From assembly GCF_006345805.1 (NCBI RefSeq), contig NC_043009.1:68448001-68512000 (forward strand): 64,000 nt of DNA, in the 5' to 3' direction. Positions 1 to 13,131 of this stretch are shown here, piece by piece. Numbering within the stretch: the stretch's first letter is position 1; every line of letters starts with the position of its first letter. The notes under the pieces were generated by a model. That model did not search any database and was not told the origin of the DNA. It saw nothing but the letters and a program-made list of their open reading frames with translations. The position numbers and the translations under genes are program-made. This DNA comes from Octopus sinensis (Eukaryota).

Positions 1-1297
1 ATTATATATTCATCTTACTTGTGGACCCCGTCATGACTACAGTCACTGGGTTATCCCCCTTCACCCCTTCCACCATTAAATCGCGAAAACCCAGCAAAGA
101 GTTTAACCAAAACCACATAGAAACACACAAACACATAAACGTTTAAACAGAGGCTTAAGGGTTCCGGCACCGCCCAACACCTCCATTCTCCAAAATCTCT
201 ACACATATAAACCCATACACACATTCCAACCCTACACAAATACCAAACTCTACCCACCCCACCCCACTACATATATTTTCTCCAGACTTTTGCCGCCTTG
301 CAGCGTCTCAGATACTTCTAGAGCCAAGGGACAGAACTCTTAAAGCTCTTATCCAGGGCGCCTCCCACAACTTCGTTACATCTTTCTCGGCAGCATCCAC
401 AAACTGGATGTAACACTTTTCGCGTCCAATAACAAAGAGCAGTCACCATATATTTTACATGCCTGTCATCTCTGAAGAGTACGTGGCACTACTTAACCAT
501 GCTGTTATATAATATCCGGCTATTTAATATCCAGTGCAAAACCGATTGGTAAGATTGGCTGAAATGGATCTACGTTACAGAACCACACTCTTTCACTGTT
601 TTTCCCTGGAATATAATTTACATGAAAGGCATAGCTTTGACAGCTTCAGACTCAAAGCTAGGGATAAAACACTAAACTTTAGCATTGCGCAGTGTCGTCA
701 TTATTAGCAGTTGCAATCGTAATAATTTTATTAAGCTTTCATTCTGCGGAGGTTTATGTTTTTTTTCCTTTAAATATTTTGTGATCCTCACCACTCTCGC
801 TTGATTTGAAGAGATAATATCGGGTCCTTTTGATACAGCACATGAAAGATGAAGCTCACTAATTGTTTTTTTTTTTCTGCTTCTTTGGTTTTTGATTGCG
901 TATATAAAATGGCAGTGTCTCCATCTCTCAACACACACACACGTTTACGAAAAACAACAACAAAAGACGAAGACAGGTGGTGTACAAAACAAACATGTAT
1001 TAGTATAACACTCAGGAATGGAAAAAGTCTTTTACGTTTCGAACCTACGCTCTTCTACAGAAAGGGACACAGAAAAAAACAAGGTAAGAAACAAAGAGAG
1101 AAAAAATGTGTATAGTGGCTAACGATCTATCATGTACATTGTCGTAATACAAATTAAGTACCAAATGCATTATTATTATTATATTTGCGTAATAATCATC
1201 TTTCTTCTTCTCTGACTGCTAAAGCACAGTTATTTACTGAAGCTTGCTTTTAAGAGGGAAAACAAAATAAATACATCAGACATTTATTTTTTCCCTG

Positions 1298-1477
1298 CAT
1301 CATCATCCTTATCGTTTAACGTCCGTTTTCCGTGCTGGCATGGGTTTGACGGTTCGACAGAAGCTTGCAAAGCCATGAGCAGCACCAGGTCTCGTTATCT
1401 GTTTTGTCATGGTTTCTGCAGCTGGATGCCCTTCCTAATGCCAACCACTCCGAGAGTGTAGTGGATGCTTTTACGTA
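1298..1477 (-). mobile_element. SINE family A (core GGTTGGCATTAGGAAGGGCATCCAGC, (GAT)n tail), partial
   Basis: Shared core and tail with many copies (approx. 2048-2405, 4953-5180, 7679-7903, 15135-15315, 19683-19880, 30478-30666, 56420-56660, 62993-63200 on -; 17085-17350, 17555-17740, 32640-33135, 57409-57621, 61425-61858 on +). Core resembles the MetaSINE domain from memory. Confidence 0.75.
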
Positions 1478-3299
1478 TGTAAAGAAGCTTTTCAGATATT
1501 TGAGAATTGTTTCTCTTTTTCCAGAAATATATTCAAACCAAAATGTTATTCAAATAAATTTAGATAGATGTTTTATAACATGGCTGACCGATCCGTAAGA
1601 ACAATATATTACTTAGGTATTTTGTATCATTAATCTCTGAATTATGAAAAACAAAGTCAGCTCGAATCTAGAAAGATGACCCCCCCCCCCGCCAGTGTGG
1701 ACAGGTCTATCTCAACACACAACCGTCTGAGCTGTAAGAAAAATATGAATTGGGAAGGTAAGGGGTTCGTTGATTATGGTAACCCTGGCACTTTGTCAAA
1801 TTCAGAAGAATGAAAAGTAAATGACCTTAGCAGCATTTGAACTCAGAATGTAGAGCGATGTACATAAATACCACAAGATGTTGTGTGACACTAACAATCC
1901 AACTAATACACCAACCCTTAAGAACTGACTTCCGTACTCAAATGGTACTTCAATCAACGCCACTGACCCCAGCACTTGACTGGTATTTATTTTATCATCT
2001 GGTAGAAGGAGTCAGCAGCGGTGGCAGGGCTTACTTAATCTGCACAATATCATCATCATCATCATCAACAGCATCAGTTAATGTCCACTTTCCTTGCTGG
2101 CATGGGTTGAACGGTTTGAAAGGGGCTGGCAAGGTCAGAGAACCGTTCCAGGTTCCATTACCTATTTTGGTATTGTAACTACAGCTGCATGTCCTCCCTA
2201 ACACCAACCATGTTACAGAGTGTACAGGATGTTTTTTACATGGTGCAAGCACCAGTGCTTTTTACATGGCACCAACACCGGGGACTTTTTAAACGATGTC
2301 AGCAACAGGGCACCTGCACCAGTTCTTTTTTCACATGGTACCAGCACCAGGGCATTTTATGTGTACACCAGCACTGACAGGGTCACCAGGTACTTCGCAA
2401 GACAGGACAGGACAAAAACAAATATCAGATTAATAATTATTTTATGTATCATGAAGAAGATGAGATGTGAAAACAACTCGGGAGACTTGGAATTCTGAAT
2501 GCAAATGAGACACAAGGAAATAAAAGATATTTTGACCAACCTTCTACTGAGGAGATGGCCATCGATGCTGGCATCACCTTTGATGGGCTGCCTTAAGCAA
2601 ATGTAAGCTGCTGAATCTGTTATCACCTGATATAAGAATTTTACTGGTTTTAAAAACCTCAACTTTTCTGAAGTTTGAGGGGAGATTTTTTTTTTTTCGG
2701 CTCCAAGTTTTAGGCTTCTCTGAGTTAAATTGGCCCCCCAATGCTAGGGGTCCCTGAGCCATGACCCATACTGGCCCATTCATAAATCTGGCCCAGATCC
2801 CATCCTACTCAGACTTGAACTCAGAACATAAAGGGACGTATCTACAAAACTTTCATGTCAAGGAAGTAATTCTGTCATTCCGCAGAAGAGAGAGAAGGAG
2901 AAGGAAAGAGAAAGAAAGAAAAATGAGAGCAACATTCGTAAACTTAATAAACCAGCAATAAATAAATCAAAAAAGAAAAATGTAATAATATATAAAAAAA
3001 AAGTAAATCTACAATGGAAAAACAAGCAAACAAACAAAAATAAACAATAAATAAATAAGATAATAAAAGATGTTGGAATTTCTTTGGTAAACTGAAAACT
3101 TTTGCAGTTATTTGCTAAACAGAAAAGAAAACAGAAAAGAAAACAGCAATGAGAAGATAAATAAAAGTGATGGATAAGTTAAGTTGGAGTCTCTGGGTTT
3201 TGCTGCTCAAAATCGTTTTTTGCTTCAGACATTTTGGATGAACACGTCTGAAGTTCAAACATCAATGATTCTAACAAGAGGCTTGGATGTTGTTGTTTG

Positions 3300-3361
3300 T
3301 TTGTGTGTGAATGTATGTATATCAATATATCCACGTCTATACATGTGTGTGTGTGTCTACA

Positions 3362-3404
<43 letters not shown>

Positions 3405-3980
3405 CTGTGTAGGTATGAGAATCTCTGAAGGTAGGTGTATACGTGTCTATGTACGTTGTATGTGTATGTATCTATATAGGTGTGTGAGTGTGTATGTATA
3501 TCAATATATGTAATATATGTATGTCTATACATGTGTGTGTGTCTACATAGGCGTGTGTGTGTGTGTGTGCATGTGTCTGTGTAGGTATGAGAATCTCTGA
3601 AGGAAGGTGTATGCATGTCTATGTACATTGTATGTGTATGAATCCATATAGGTGTGTGTGTGTGAGTGTGTATGTATATCAATATATGTAATATATGTAT
3701 GCCTATACAGGTGTGTGTCTACATATATGTGTGTGTGTGTATGTGTGTATGTAGGTATGAAAATCTCTGAAGGTAGGTGTGTGCGTGTCTAAGTACACTG
3801 TGTGTGTATCTATATAGGTAGGTGTGTCTGTGTATGAGTTTATACAAACGCATTTATGTTTCCGTAGGAGTGTGTATCTATGTAGATGTATATGTCTATG
3901 TTTTGTGTGTGTGTGCATGGATATCTATGTAGATTTGTGTGTATGCAAACAGAGGTGTGTGTGTGTGTGTGTGTATTTGA
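3300..3980. repeat. compound GT-rich tandem repeat, about 172-bp unit x3-4
   Basis: gtaggtatga(g/a)aatctctgaagg recurs at about 3409, 3581 and 3751. Confidence 0.8.
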
Positions 3981-4457
3981 AATAGAAATTCATTAAGGAA
4001 GCTGTTGCCAGAGGCTGCATGGAACAGAAGTTTGGCATCAGAAGTTGAAGTCTTAAGCCAACAAGAAAATGTGTCATTCAGGTTACATTTAGGATGACAA
4101 CAACAACAAATACAACAACAACACCAACAACTGTGGGTGAACACATCAATTATCTGAGAATAAAAAAGAAAAAAAAAGCTTATTTAATGGAGAAGAAAAA
4201 TTTTAAAAAAAGGCAACAGAGACAAAAAATACATTAATGGATTTTTTTGGTTTTTGTTTTGTTTTCTTTGCTTTCGATTCGTTTTCTCTTTCTTTTTCTT
4301 TTCTTTTAAAATTGTTTTACATTCACAAAAAAAATCCAAAACCGGTAATGAACTATGAGCTTCAGCAAATTAATAAGCAGTTAGGAAGAGAGAGACCAAA
4401 CAAAGAAAGACTGTATTTTAAAGAATCATAGAAGCATGAGGCATAAAACCACAAGTT

Positions 4458-4489
<32 letters not shown>

Positions 4490-5565
4490 GCATGAATGTA
4501 AGAGGAACTGAAGAGAAATGGGCGTAACAATCCAAGGATCCAAGTGTAGCAAGTTAGTAAGCTTCAACCCTGTATGGCATCCAGTAGAGATGAGAAAGGG
4601 TGGACAATGTACAATAAAACACGCAAGTCACTTCTTTCCATATTGAAATCAAAAGCAATTCCAATAAGCTGGCTGTGTATATTGTAACTTATGCAACGAG
4701 CATTGCTTTGCTATGAAACAATTGTAAAGCGCATGAGTACATATAAAAATAATTCATCCCAGAATGGAGATGATGGCATTACATCCATTTCCTCATCACC
4801 TCAACTATTACATTTACTGTTTTATAGTCTGGGACTAACAAATCATTCCTGGAATTACAATTTCTATACAATTTCCTTTAAGGAAAACTGTCTGCTTCTA
4901 TGCACTCTGTTGGCCAGTATTCACTCAGATTCCTAAATCCTCTTTAATCTAATCCATCATCAGCATTGTCACACAATGTCCATTTTCCATGCTGGCATGG
5001 GTTGGATGGTTTTCAAGAGCTGGTAAAGTCAGAAGACCATGCCAAGCTGCACTACCCACTTTGGCAAGGTTTCTATAGCTGGATGCACTTCCTAATGCCA
5101 ACCACTTTACAGAGTGTGGACTAGGTGCTTTTTATGTGGCCCCAGCGGCCATGAGGTCACCAGATAACTCACAAGGCACCCCAACTGAGTGGGAGGGGAG
5201 GGCAGGAGTAATATTGAGGAAGGTGGCTTTGTGCCGGGTGATGAGAGGTTCGAGTATGGGTAGATGGATATTCACTTGAACTTCTCTCCTTTAACATCTC
5301 AAACATAAGATCACTTCACTGGAGGCGGAGGCTTATCTCATCCTATGATGGAATCAATCTACAAACATTATTATGGACTGCCAAACCCTCAAGAAACAGC
5401 TGTTGGATTTGTAATACTTTTCCTCAACCCCTTTCATTCTCTGTATCATTTGTTTTCTGTGGGAGTCGAACCTTTTTATATGTAAACATGTCTGTTATTT
5501 TTATATTTCATGTATTCAATATACTCTATGTATTGATCTAACTTGCTTATCCTTACATTTACTTC

Positions 5566-5610
5566 ACACACACATATACACATATATATATATATATACA
5601 TATATACACG

Positions 5611-5656
<46 letters not shown>

Positions 5657-5742
5657 TACACATACATATACATATATATACACATACATATATATATATA
5701 CACACACATATATATATATACATATATAAACGCACATACACA
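5566..5742. repeat. (TA)/(CA) compound microsatellite
   Basis: Seen directly. Confidence 0.9.
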
Positions 5743-7489
5743 AGCCACTTAACCGCACCGCCACACCTATACCCGACATCCTGCATATTTTAGCTTCAAG
5801 ATATTCGTTCTTCAACAGTTCCTCTGTTTCCTACTCCACAATATTTTGGCCAGAAAGCACCAAGATGTCTCTCAAGGTCCATACATTCCCATTCCTGTCC
5901 ATGATAATTACATCTGCATGGCTTGCCTTGGTCTCTTGACGCTTTGGACATTAACTAGGTCCTAACTGTGCACCAATTGCTACGGGCTTCTGCCCCTTCT
6001 CGTTAATTTTTACAGGGAAGTCATGGCATCTTACCCAGTGGACTTAGGAAATCCCCCCTTAGTCATGTCTGTGTGTGTATTTGAACTTGGTCACAGCTAC
6101 TCCCAGCAATCACGTGGTGAGCTATTTCATTCCATTTGTTGTATAGTTTTCCCTTGATGATTACATCCTGTCATTATTTTATTTTTGTTAATTATTTGTG
6201 GGCAGGTTTTTTGAGTGACTCCTGTCTTTCCCTCATTTTATTTTGTCTCTGTTAATATTGTGGAGTACTGGCCATAAAGAGGGTTTTCTGCTCGTTATAA
6301 TCGTTATCCCCTTATTATTGGGTACAAAAGTGAGGGTGGAGAGAGAAGAGTTCTCTTCCCTTCCAGTGAATTTACCAAAAGTTGGGTGACTGGCAAAAAG
6401 GATTAGGATGAATGGGCCTGCTCTAAGCCTACACCTTTAAAATGGAGAACAACAGATGCAGGAGAACTTGTGCCCTTAATGGTTAAGAAGATGTTGGATC
6501 TGTAGGGTTCTTGGATTAGCCTTAGTATACTTTGACTACCTTTATCTCATTTTCCAATCCTTATGCTTTCTTTTCCTCACCTTTTATATAAATGTGCAAG
6601 AGCAATGGCCCAGTGGTTTTGATTCCCAGACAGGGCGTTGTGAGTGTTTATTGAGCAAAAACACGTAAAGCTCCATGAGGCTCCGGCAGGGAGTGGTAAA
6701 ATCTGCTATACTCTTTCACCACATCTTTCTCTCACTCTTTCTTCTCGTTTCTCTTGTATCTGTATTTCAAAGGCGCCAGCATTGTCACACTCTGTGTTAC
6801 GCTGAATCTACCTGAGAACTACATTAAGGGAATGTGTGTCTGTGGAGTGCTCAGCCACTTGCATGTTAATAAATGAGCAGGCTGTTCCAATGATTGGATG
6901 AACTGGAAACCTCGTCGTCACAACCGACAGAGTGCCATGATTTTATATAAATATAATGTAACCCGCACCCACATACACAAATTATAAACTCTTCCCTAAA
7001 ACATCCCCTCTCATCTGGTACCTGTTTGGCAAATAAAAGATATCCTTATTATCATCATCCTCATCAAAGTAGTGAACTGTCAGAAGTAGTTGAGTTCCAG
7101 ATTGGATGCCCCTCGCAGCATTTAACTGCATTTCTTTACATTCTGAGTTCCAATTCTTTTCTCCTCTAGGTACAAGGTCTGAAATTCTTGGGGAGGGGGC
7201 CAGTCGATTAGATTGACCCCAGTATGCAACTGGTGCTTAATTTATCTGAGTTCCAGTTCTGCCATGGTAAAATAATACTTTCATCTTTCTAAAACATCGA
7301 TCAGCATTTGGGGAATACAAATGGCTTCAATATTTGACATCAGCACTTTGTTTTAGACACTCTAGAAGGACAAACATTGAAAGAGGACTTCAGCAGAATT
7401 GCAAACAAAAAACGTAAAGAGATCAAACAAAAAAAAAACCTGCTGGTGTTTGATTCTGACAATTTGGTAACATCAATAATTATAATAAT

Positions 7490-8765
7490 CCTTTCTGCTA
7501 TAGGCGCAAGGCCTGAAATTTTGTGGGAGGGAATAAGTCGATTACATCGACCCCAGTGTGTAACTGGTATTTATTTCATTGATCCCGAAAGGATGAAAGG
7601 CAAAGTCAACCTCGGTGGAATTTGAACTCAGAACGTAGCGACAAGCAAAATGCTGCAATAATAATAATAATAATAATAATCATCGTTTAGACGTCCACTT
7701 TCCATGCTGGCATGGGTTGGATGGTTTGACTGAGGATTGGCGAGCCAGATGGCTGCACCAGGCTCCAATCTGATCTGGCAAAGTTTCTGCGGTTGGATGC
7801 CCTTCCTAATGCCAACCACTCCGAGAGTGTAGTGGGTGCTTTTATGTGCCACTGGCACAAGAGCCAGTCAAGCGGTACTGGCAACAACCATGCTCAAATG
7901 GTGTTAATAATAATAATAAGGGTTTCTAGTTTAGGAATAAGGCCAGTAATTCTGAGATGAGTGGGGTTTAGTTAAAATCAACATCAGTACTTGACTGGAA
8001 CTTTATTTAATCAACTTTGAAAGGTAAAGTGGAGTTCAGAAAGGGGCTAAACACAGAGGGGACAAACAAGGACAGACAACGGGATTAAGTCGATTACATC
8101 AACTCCAGTGTGTAACTGGTACTTAATTTATCAACCCCGAAAGGATGAAAGGCAAAGTTGACTGCGGCGGAATTTGAACTCAGAACGTAATGGCAAATGA
8201 AATACTGCTAAGCATTTCACCCAACGTGCTAACGTTTCCGCCAGCTTGCTGCCTTAATGTTTCTGCCAACTTGCCACCTGGCTGATGATGATGATAATAG
8301 TAATACTCATCCTTTCAGCTCTAAGCACAAAGCCTGAAATTTGCAGGTGGGGTTGGGGTGATTGGGGTGATCAGTCAATGACATCAAAGTCAGTGCTTCA
8401 TTGGTAGTTATTTCATTGATCCCAAAAGATGAGGCAAAGTCAGCCCTGGCAGAATTTCAACTCGGAATGGAAAGATGGATGAAATACCACTGAGCATTTC
8501 GTCAGGCATGCTAACGATTCTGCCAGCTCACCACCTCAATAATAATAATAATAATAATAAAGGTTTCAAATTTTGTCACAAGGCCAGCAGTTTTTTGAGG
8601 GGAGGGAGAAGTTGATTACATTGACCTCAGTACTTGACTGGTATTTATTTTATCTACCCTGAAAGAATGAAAAGCAAACTCAACCTCAGCAGTATTTGAA
8701 CAGCCAGAAGAAAAGCTGCCAAGTAGGTTGTCTGGCAGGCTAACCATTCTGCCAGCTAACCAGCC
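7490..8765 (-). mobile_element. cluster of SINE family B copies (tRNA-derived head, core GCCTTTCATCCTTTCGGGGTCGATAAA) with one family A copy
   Basis: Repeated gaaaggatgaaaggcaaagtc...ggaatttgaactcagaacgt blocks at about 7590, 8140, 8430 and 8665, separated by (AAT)n; other copies at about 12665-12830, 21655-21812, 36552-36740, 41815-42025, 48080-48205. Confidence 0.75.
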
Positions 8766-8843
8766 AATAATAATAATAATAATAATCATCGTTATTATAA
8801 CAATTATAATTTTCAAAAAATAGATAAGAAAACAAATGGTAGA

Positions 8844-8895
8844 TCTTACCTGAAACAAGATGGAAAGAAACATAAAAGAGATAAAAGAAAAAATA
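8844..8895 (-). other. candidate recursive splice site (3'SS AG abutting 5'SS GTAAGA)
   Basis: Minus strand reads ...cttttatctcttttatgtttctttccatcttgtttcAG|GTaaga; junction between 8850 and 8849. Confidence 0.5.
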
Positions 8896-9048
8896 CGAAT
8901 ACAGTTTTCAATTTAAGCTATATTTTAGTTGTTTTCAAAACAAATGAGGAAAAAAACATTTTTTTCAATAATACATTGATTGTCATATAAACACAACATG
9001 AATGAACATTTAGTTTTCACACACACATGCAGACATACACACACACAC

Positions 9049-9079
<31 letters not shown>

Positions 9080-10497
9080 TACACGAGGTAAACTCTCAGC
9101 TTCAGCAACATGTATTTCATGTTTAATCAACCCAGTTACCTTTTCATCGGAGTGTAGTCATGCTGGGGCACCACCTTGAAGGGTTCTAGTCACAAAAAAA
9201 TAAATAAATAAAAACATCCCCAATACTGGTTTTTAAACTCTGGTGCTTATTTTATCAGTCCCTTGCAGAACTGCTAAGTTACGGAGATGTAAACAAACAC
9301 CAATCGACAATTGGTGGCAAGGACAGATACACACAAACAACACACGCACAGAGGCTTCTTTCAGTTTCCATCTACCAAATCCATTCATAAGGCTTTGGTT
9401 GGCCTGAGGCTATAGTAGAAATCATTTGCCCAAGGTGCCATGCAATGGAAATGAACCTGGAGCCATGTGCTTGGGAAGCAAGCTTCTTACCACAGTCACA
9501 ACTGCACCTATACACCACACACACATACACAGAAGCTTCTTTCAGTTTCCATTTACCAAGTCCATTCATAAAGCTTTGGTTGGTCTGGGGCTACAGTAGA
9601 AGACACTTCCCTGATGCAGTGCTATTGAATCTAAGACCATAATGGTTGAGAAGCAGACCACTAATCACACAGCCAGGCCTGCAGCCATTCATTTCAACAA
9701 TGAATTATAATATCAATGATTGTTTCACAGACGCATCGTTACAATTAATTGGTCTCTCAGGCAGAAGTAATACAACACAGTGTGTGACAATGCTGGCTCT
9801 TTGAACTACTGATGTATGTAGCCTGTCTGACAGACTACCACATTTCTTTTTTAACCATTCCTAGTCACAAGGCTACGATTGTCTCACAGTAGAAGACGAT
9901 TACCTAAAGTAGTAAAGCCATAACCTTATGGTTGGAGAGTAAACTTCTATCACAGTCACCTATATTTTTGTAGTTTTTACAGGCCACAGTCATTGGATTG
10001 CAGTCATGCTGGGGAACTGCCTTGCAGGGTTTAGTAGAACAAACCAACCCCCCAGTACTTAATATTCAAAGTCTGGTGCTTATTCTGTCTCTTTTGCCAA
10101 ACCATTAAGTTACAGGAAACATAAACAAACCAGCACCGGTTGTCAAGTGGTAATGGAAAATAAGCACAAAGAGACACACAAATATATATATGATGGGCTT
10201 CTACACAGTTTCCATTCACCAAATTAATTTACAAGGTCCAGGGTAATAGCAGAAGGCATTTGCCCAGGGAGCCTTGTCATAGGACTGAACCTGGAACCCT
10301 GAGGTTCTTGACCACACAACCATGCTTGCGCCTATTGTATATGTAATTACACAGAAAATTGGTCATCATTTTGATAATTCACATTTAAAGAATGGATGTA
10401 GAACCTGAGAAAGTCCTTCTAATGAAAGATCACTGAATGAATACAGATGCTACCAAAAAAAGCAAAGGGATGGGGCCTTGATAATCACACACATTTA

Positions 10498-10770
10498 CCC
10501 TTTAGCATTTAAAGCACCCATATCCAATTCAAATATCCTACCTGTTTGACATGGAGACAGGCCGGGTCAGACCTCTCACGCCTACACTACAATGTCATTC
10601 TACAAGTGAGAAATCACATTATCAAAATCACAAAGCTCTAACACAATGCGTAGTTATTCCAAAACAATGTGAATAAATAAGCATTGCATTTGACAGAGAA
10701 ATCCAAATGCTAAAGGACCGAATGCTAAAGGACCAAATGCTAAAGGACCAAATGCTAAAGGACCGAATGC
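10498..10770. mobile_element. second copy of the piggyBac-type MITE (opposite orientation) with tandemly amplified right TIR
   Basis: Left TIR CCCTTTAGCATTTA; internal homology to 25958-26165; 15-bp unit CC(A/G)AATGCTAAAGGA x about 4.5 at 10703-10770. Confidence 0.75.
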
Positions 10771-10972
10771 TTTCTAGAGGAGTTGTTTGTAGTTTATGGC
10801 ATCTGGTTTCTGTGGGCACCAATACAATCCCCAATTCAGTACATTACTGAAATCATGCAGAAAAATATGAAAGGTTTCAATTTTCTATGCATTCTTCTAA
10901 ATTATGTTCTTAAATATATTTTCAGAATGGAGTCCAATAATTTATATATTCCCTGCAATGCACCAGACTCAC

Positions 10973-11033
10973 CAAATTTGGATTCTCCTCTTCTCAAACA
11001 TCCTCTCCAGATTTATGCAATCTCTTACGAAAA
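10973..11033 (-). other. candidate 61-nt exon downstream of the BLTP1 stop
   Basis: Pyrimidine tract gcttttttccccacttttcaatatttaccag|, purine-rich body, donor TTG|gtgagt. Confidence 0.45.
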
Positions 11034-11439
11034 CTGGTAAATATTGAAAAGTGGGGAAAAAAGCAACAAAACTTCACTGAAACACACACAAACACATATG
11101 TTATCAAAAACAGAGGCTTCCTTCACTTGCAACTCTTAAGTTTTTGGCATGCTTTTCAAGGCAATTCTGCAAGGCACTTTGGGCAATTTTTGAAGCGCCC
11201 TGAAGTGTTGCCTCAAAAACATGCAAGAAACAAAGGGAAGAGCAAGTGTAATTAACATCTGATGAGTAGTAGGGGAATAAACACTTCCACATGTGTATTG
11301 AGTACTTTCTTCTCATTTGTACAACCAAAATGCATATAATGTACACACATATCCATACACAACATCTTAATCTTCTAGTTCCTAACAACAGAAACAACTC
11401 CACAAAGCAAATATTCACACTGACCGACTCAATTTTGGG

Positions 11440-13131
11440 GTTTTGTTATATATTTTTATTAGAGTCATTCATATATATTTATTAATTTTTTTTTTTTACT
11501 TTTACTTTTCTTAAAAAATATCTGGCTATAATTTTATTTATTTATTTCCTAAATTTAAACATCAAACAACATTGGATGTTGGTCACCGTGACTCGACAAA
11601 ACACAACAGCACCATGGCAACAGAAACTAACTTATTGGAAATATGGCAGGAAAAAGATGACATCGGTTTTTTTCTTTTTTTGTTTATTAATATTATTAAT
11701 ATTTTTCACTTTGAATTATCATATATTTTATAAACATCAGTGTGCACATATGCATATGCAACAAAATGCTATATATATATCTATCTATACATACATACAT
11801 GCATGTATATATGTATATATATATATATATACATACACACACACACACGCACATATACAACCACATACATCATATTTGCAGCTAGAAAAATCGTGAGTGT
11901 GTGTGTGTTTATGTAATGTTATGTAAAGAAAGAAGAGCCCAAACACTTCAACAGTAACTGAAATACTTTCACTCAACACACTAAATAAGAGTATCACATT
12001 TACTTCTGGGTGGGAAAAGGTTGACAGTAAGGGTGAAAAGATTCGACCAGTCAATGGGTGGCGCAAGGACCAGAAACAGTTCAAAGCTACTGCGAACCTT
12101 TTAAAAATAAAACAAGCACACACAAACACACACACACACACGTATAAATTGTGTGTGTGTGTATATATATATATACATGCAATTGCATTCATCATGTGCA
12201 TGTATGCTTGTTTGTATAGGGACACACTTATAACTTATAAACACAAGTATGTTAACTGACTCTTATAAGATTTTGAGAAACAGATTTCTGCACTGCTAAG
12301 CAAGCTACAGACACTCTCTCTCACACACACACTGCTTTTCCTGAAATTCTTAATACCCATATGATCCCAAACACCAAAACACTAGTTCTGTCTGTGTCAC
12401 AAACATTCAAATTCACAAACTCCTTCCATCCCGTTTTATTCCAATCCAGACTTAAACAAAAAAAAACAACACACACACACACACACACACACACCCTCCA
12501 AATTCTCACACGATTCGTTTACTGCCAGCTCCCTCTACTTCTTGCAGCATTTAATGTTTTGGTAGAAACCATTCCACAAAACAATTAAAAATGCTTTCGT
12601 TCATTTGTTCTTTAACTGGCTTCTTTTATTGGACTGTGGGCCATGCTGAGGCCTCACTTTCTAGGGTACAGTTGATTACATTGACCCTAGGACTTATTTT
12701 TATCAACCTCGGGGTGATAAAGGACAAAGCGAACCTAAGCAGGATTTGAACTCAGAACGTAAAGGATTGTTTGTTACCAAATATCACAAGGTATTTTGTC
12801 TGATGTGCTGCTCTCAATTCTGACACCAACCTGCTTCAAGGCTGATTTGTTTTCTTGTTTTGTTGCTTCAAATCATTGAATAAATGACATGCCTCTTTAG
12901 TATATCAAAATTATTATTATTGTTCTTGTTGTTATTGATATTATGAGATGATGGTGGTGGTGATGATGATGATGATGATGGCTGCTGTTGTGGCTGTAAT
13001 GATGATGAGGAGGAGGAGAGGTAAAATTATTACACTTCAGTGAGGCACAGCCATTGTATGTTCATGTGATTCAGATGTGATTCAAGTCATTTTGTCAAGT
13101 CTCCACAAGACAAGACACTGTCCGGTTTGTC
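11440..13131 (-). other. probable BLTP1 3' UTR (end approximate)
   Basis: Follows the stop codon; clustered minus-strand AATAAA hexamers (tttatt on +) around 11455-11546, and one near 12625. Confidence 0.4.

Noticed and set aside
541-560. Twin CCAAT boxes (ATTGG at 545 and 554) as a promoter
   Set aside because: No identifiable linked first exon; 5-mers alone are not evidence.
10703-10770. CRISPR-like array
   Set aside because: Eukaryotic context, no spacers, and the unit derives from a MITE TIR.
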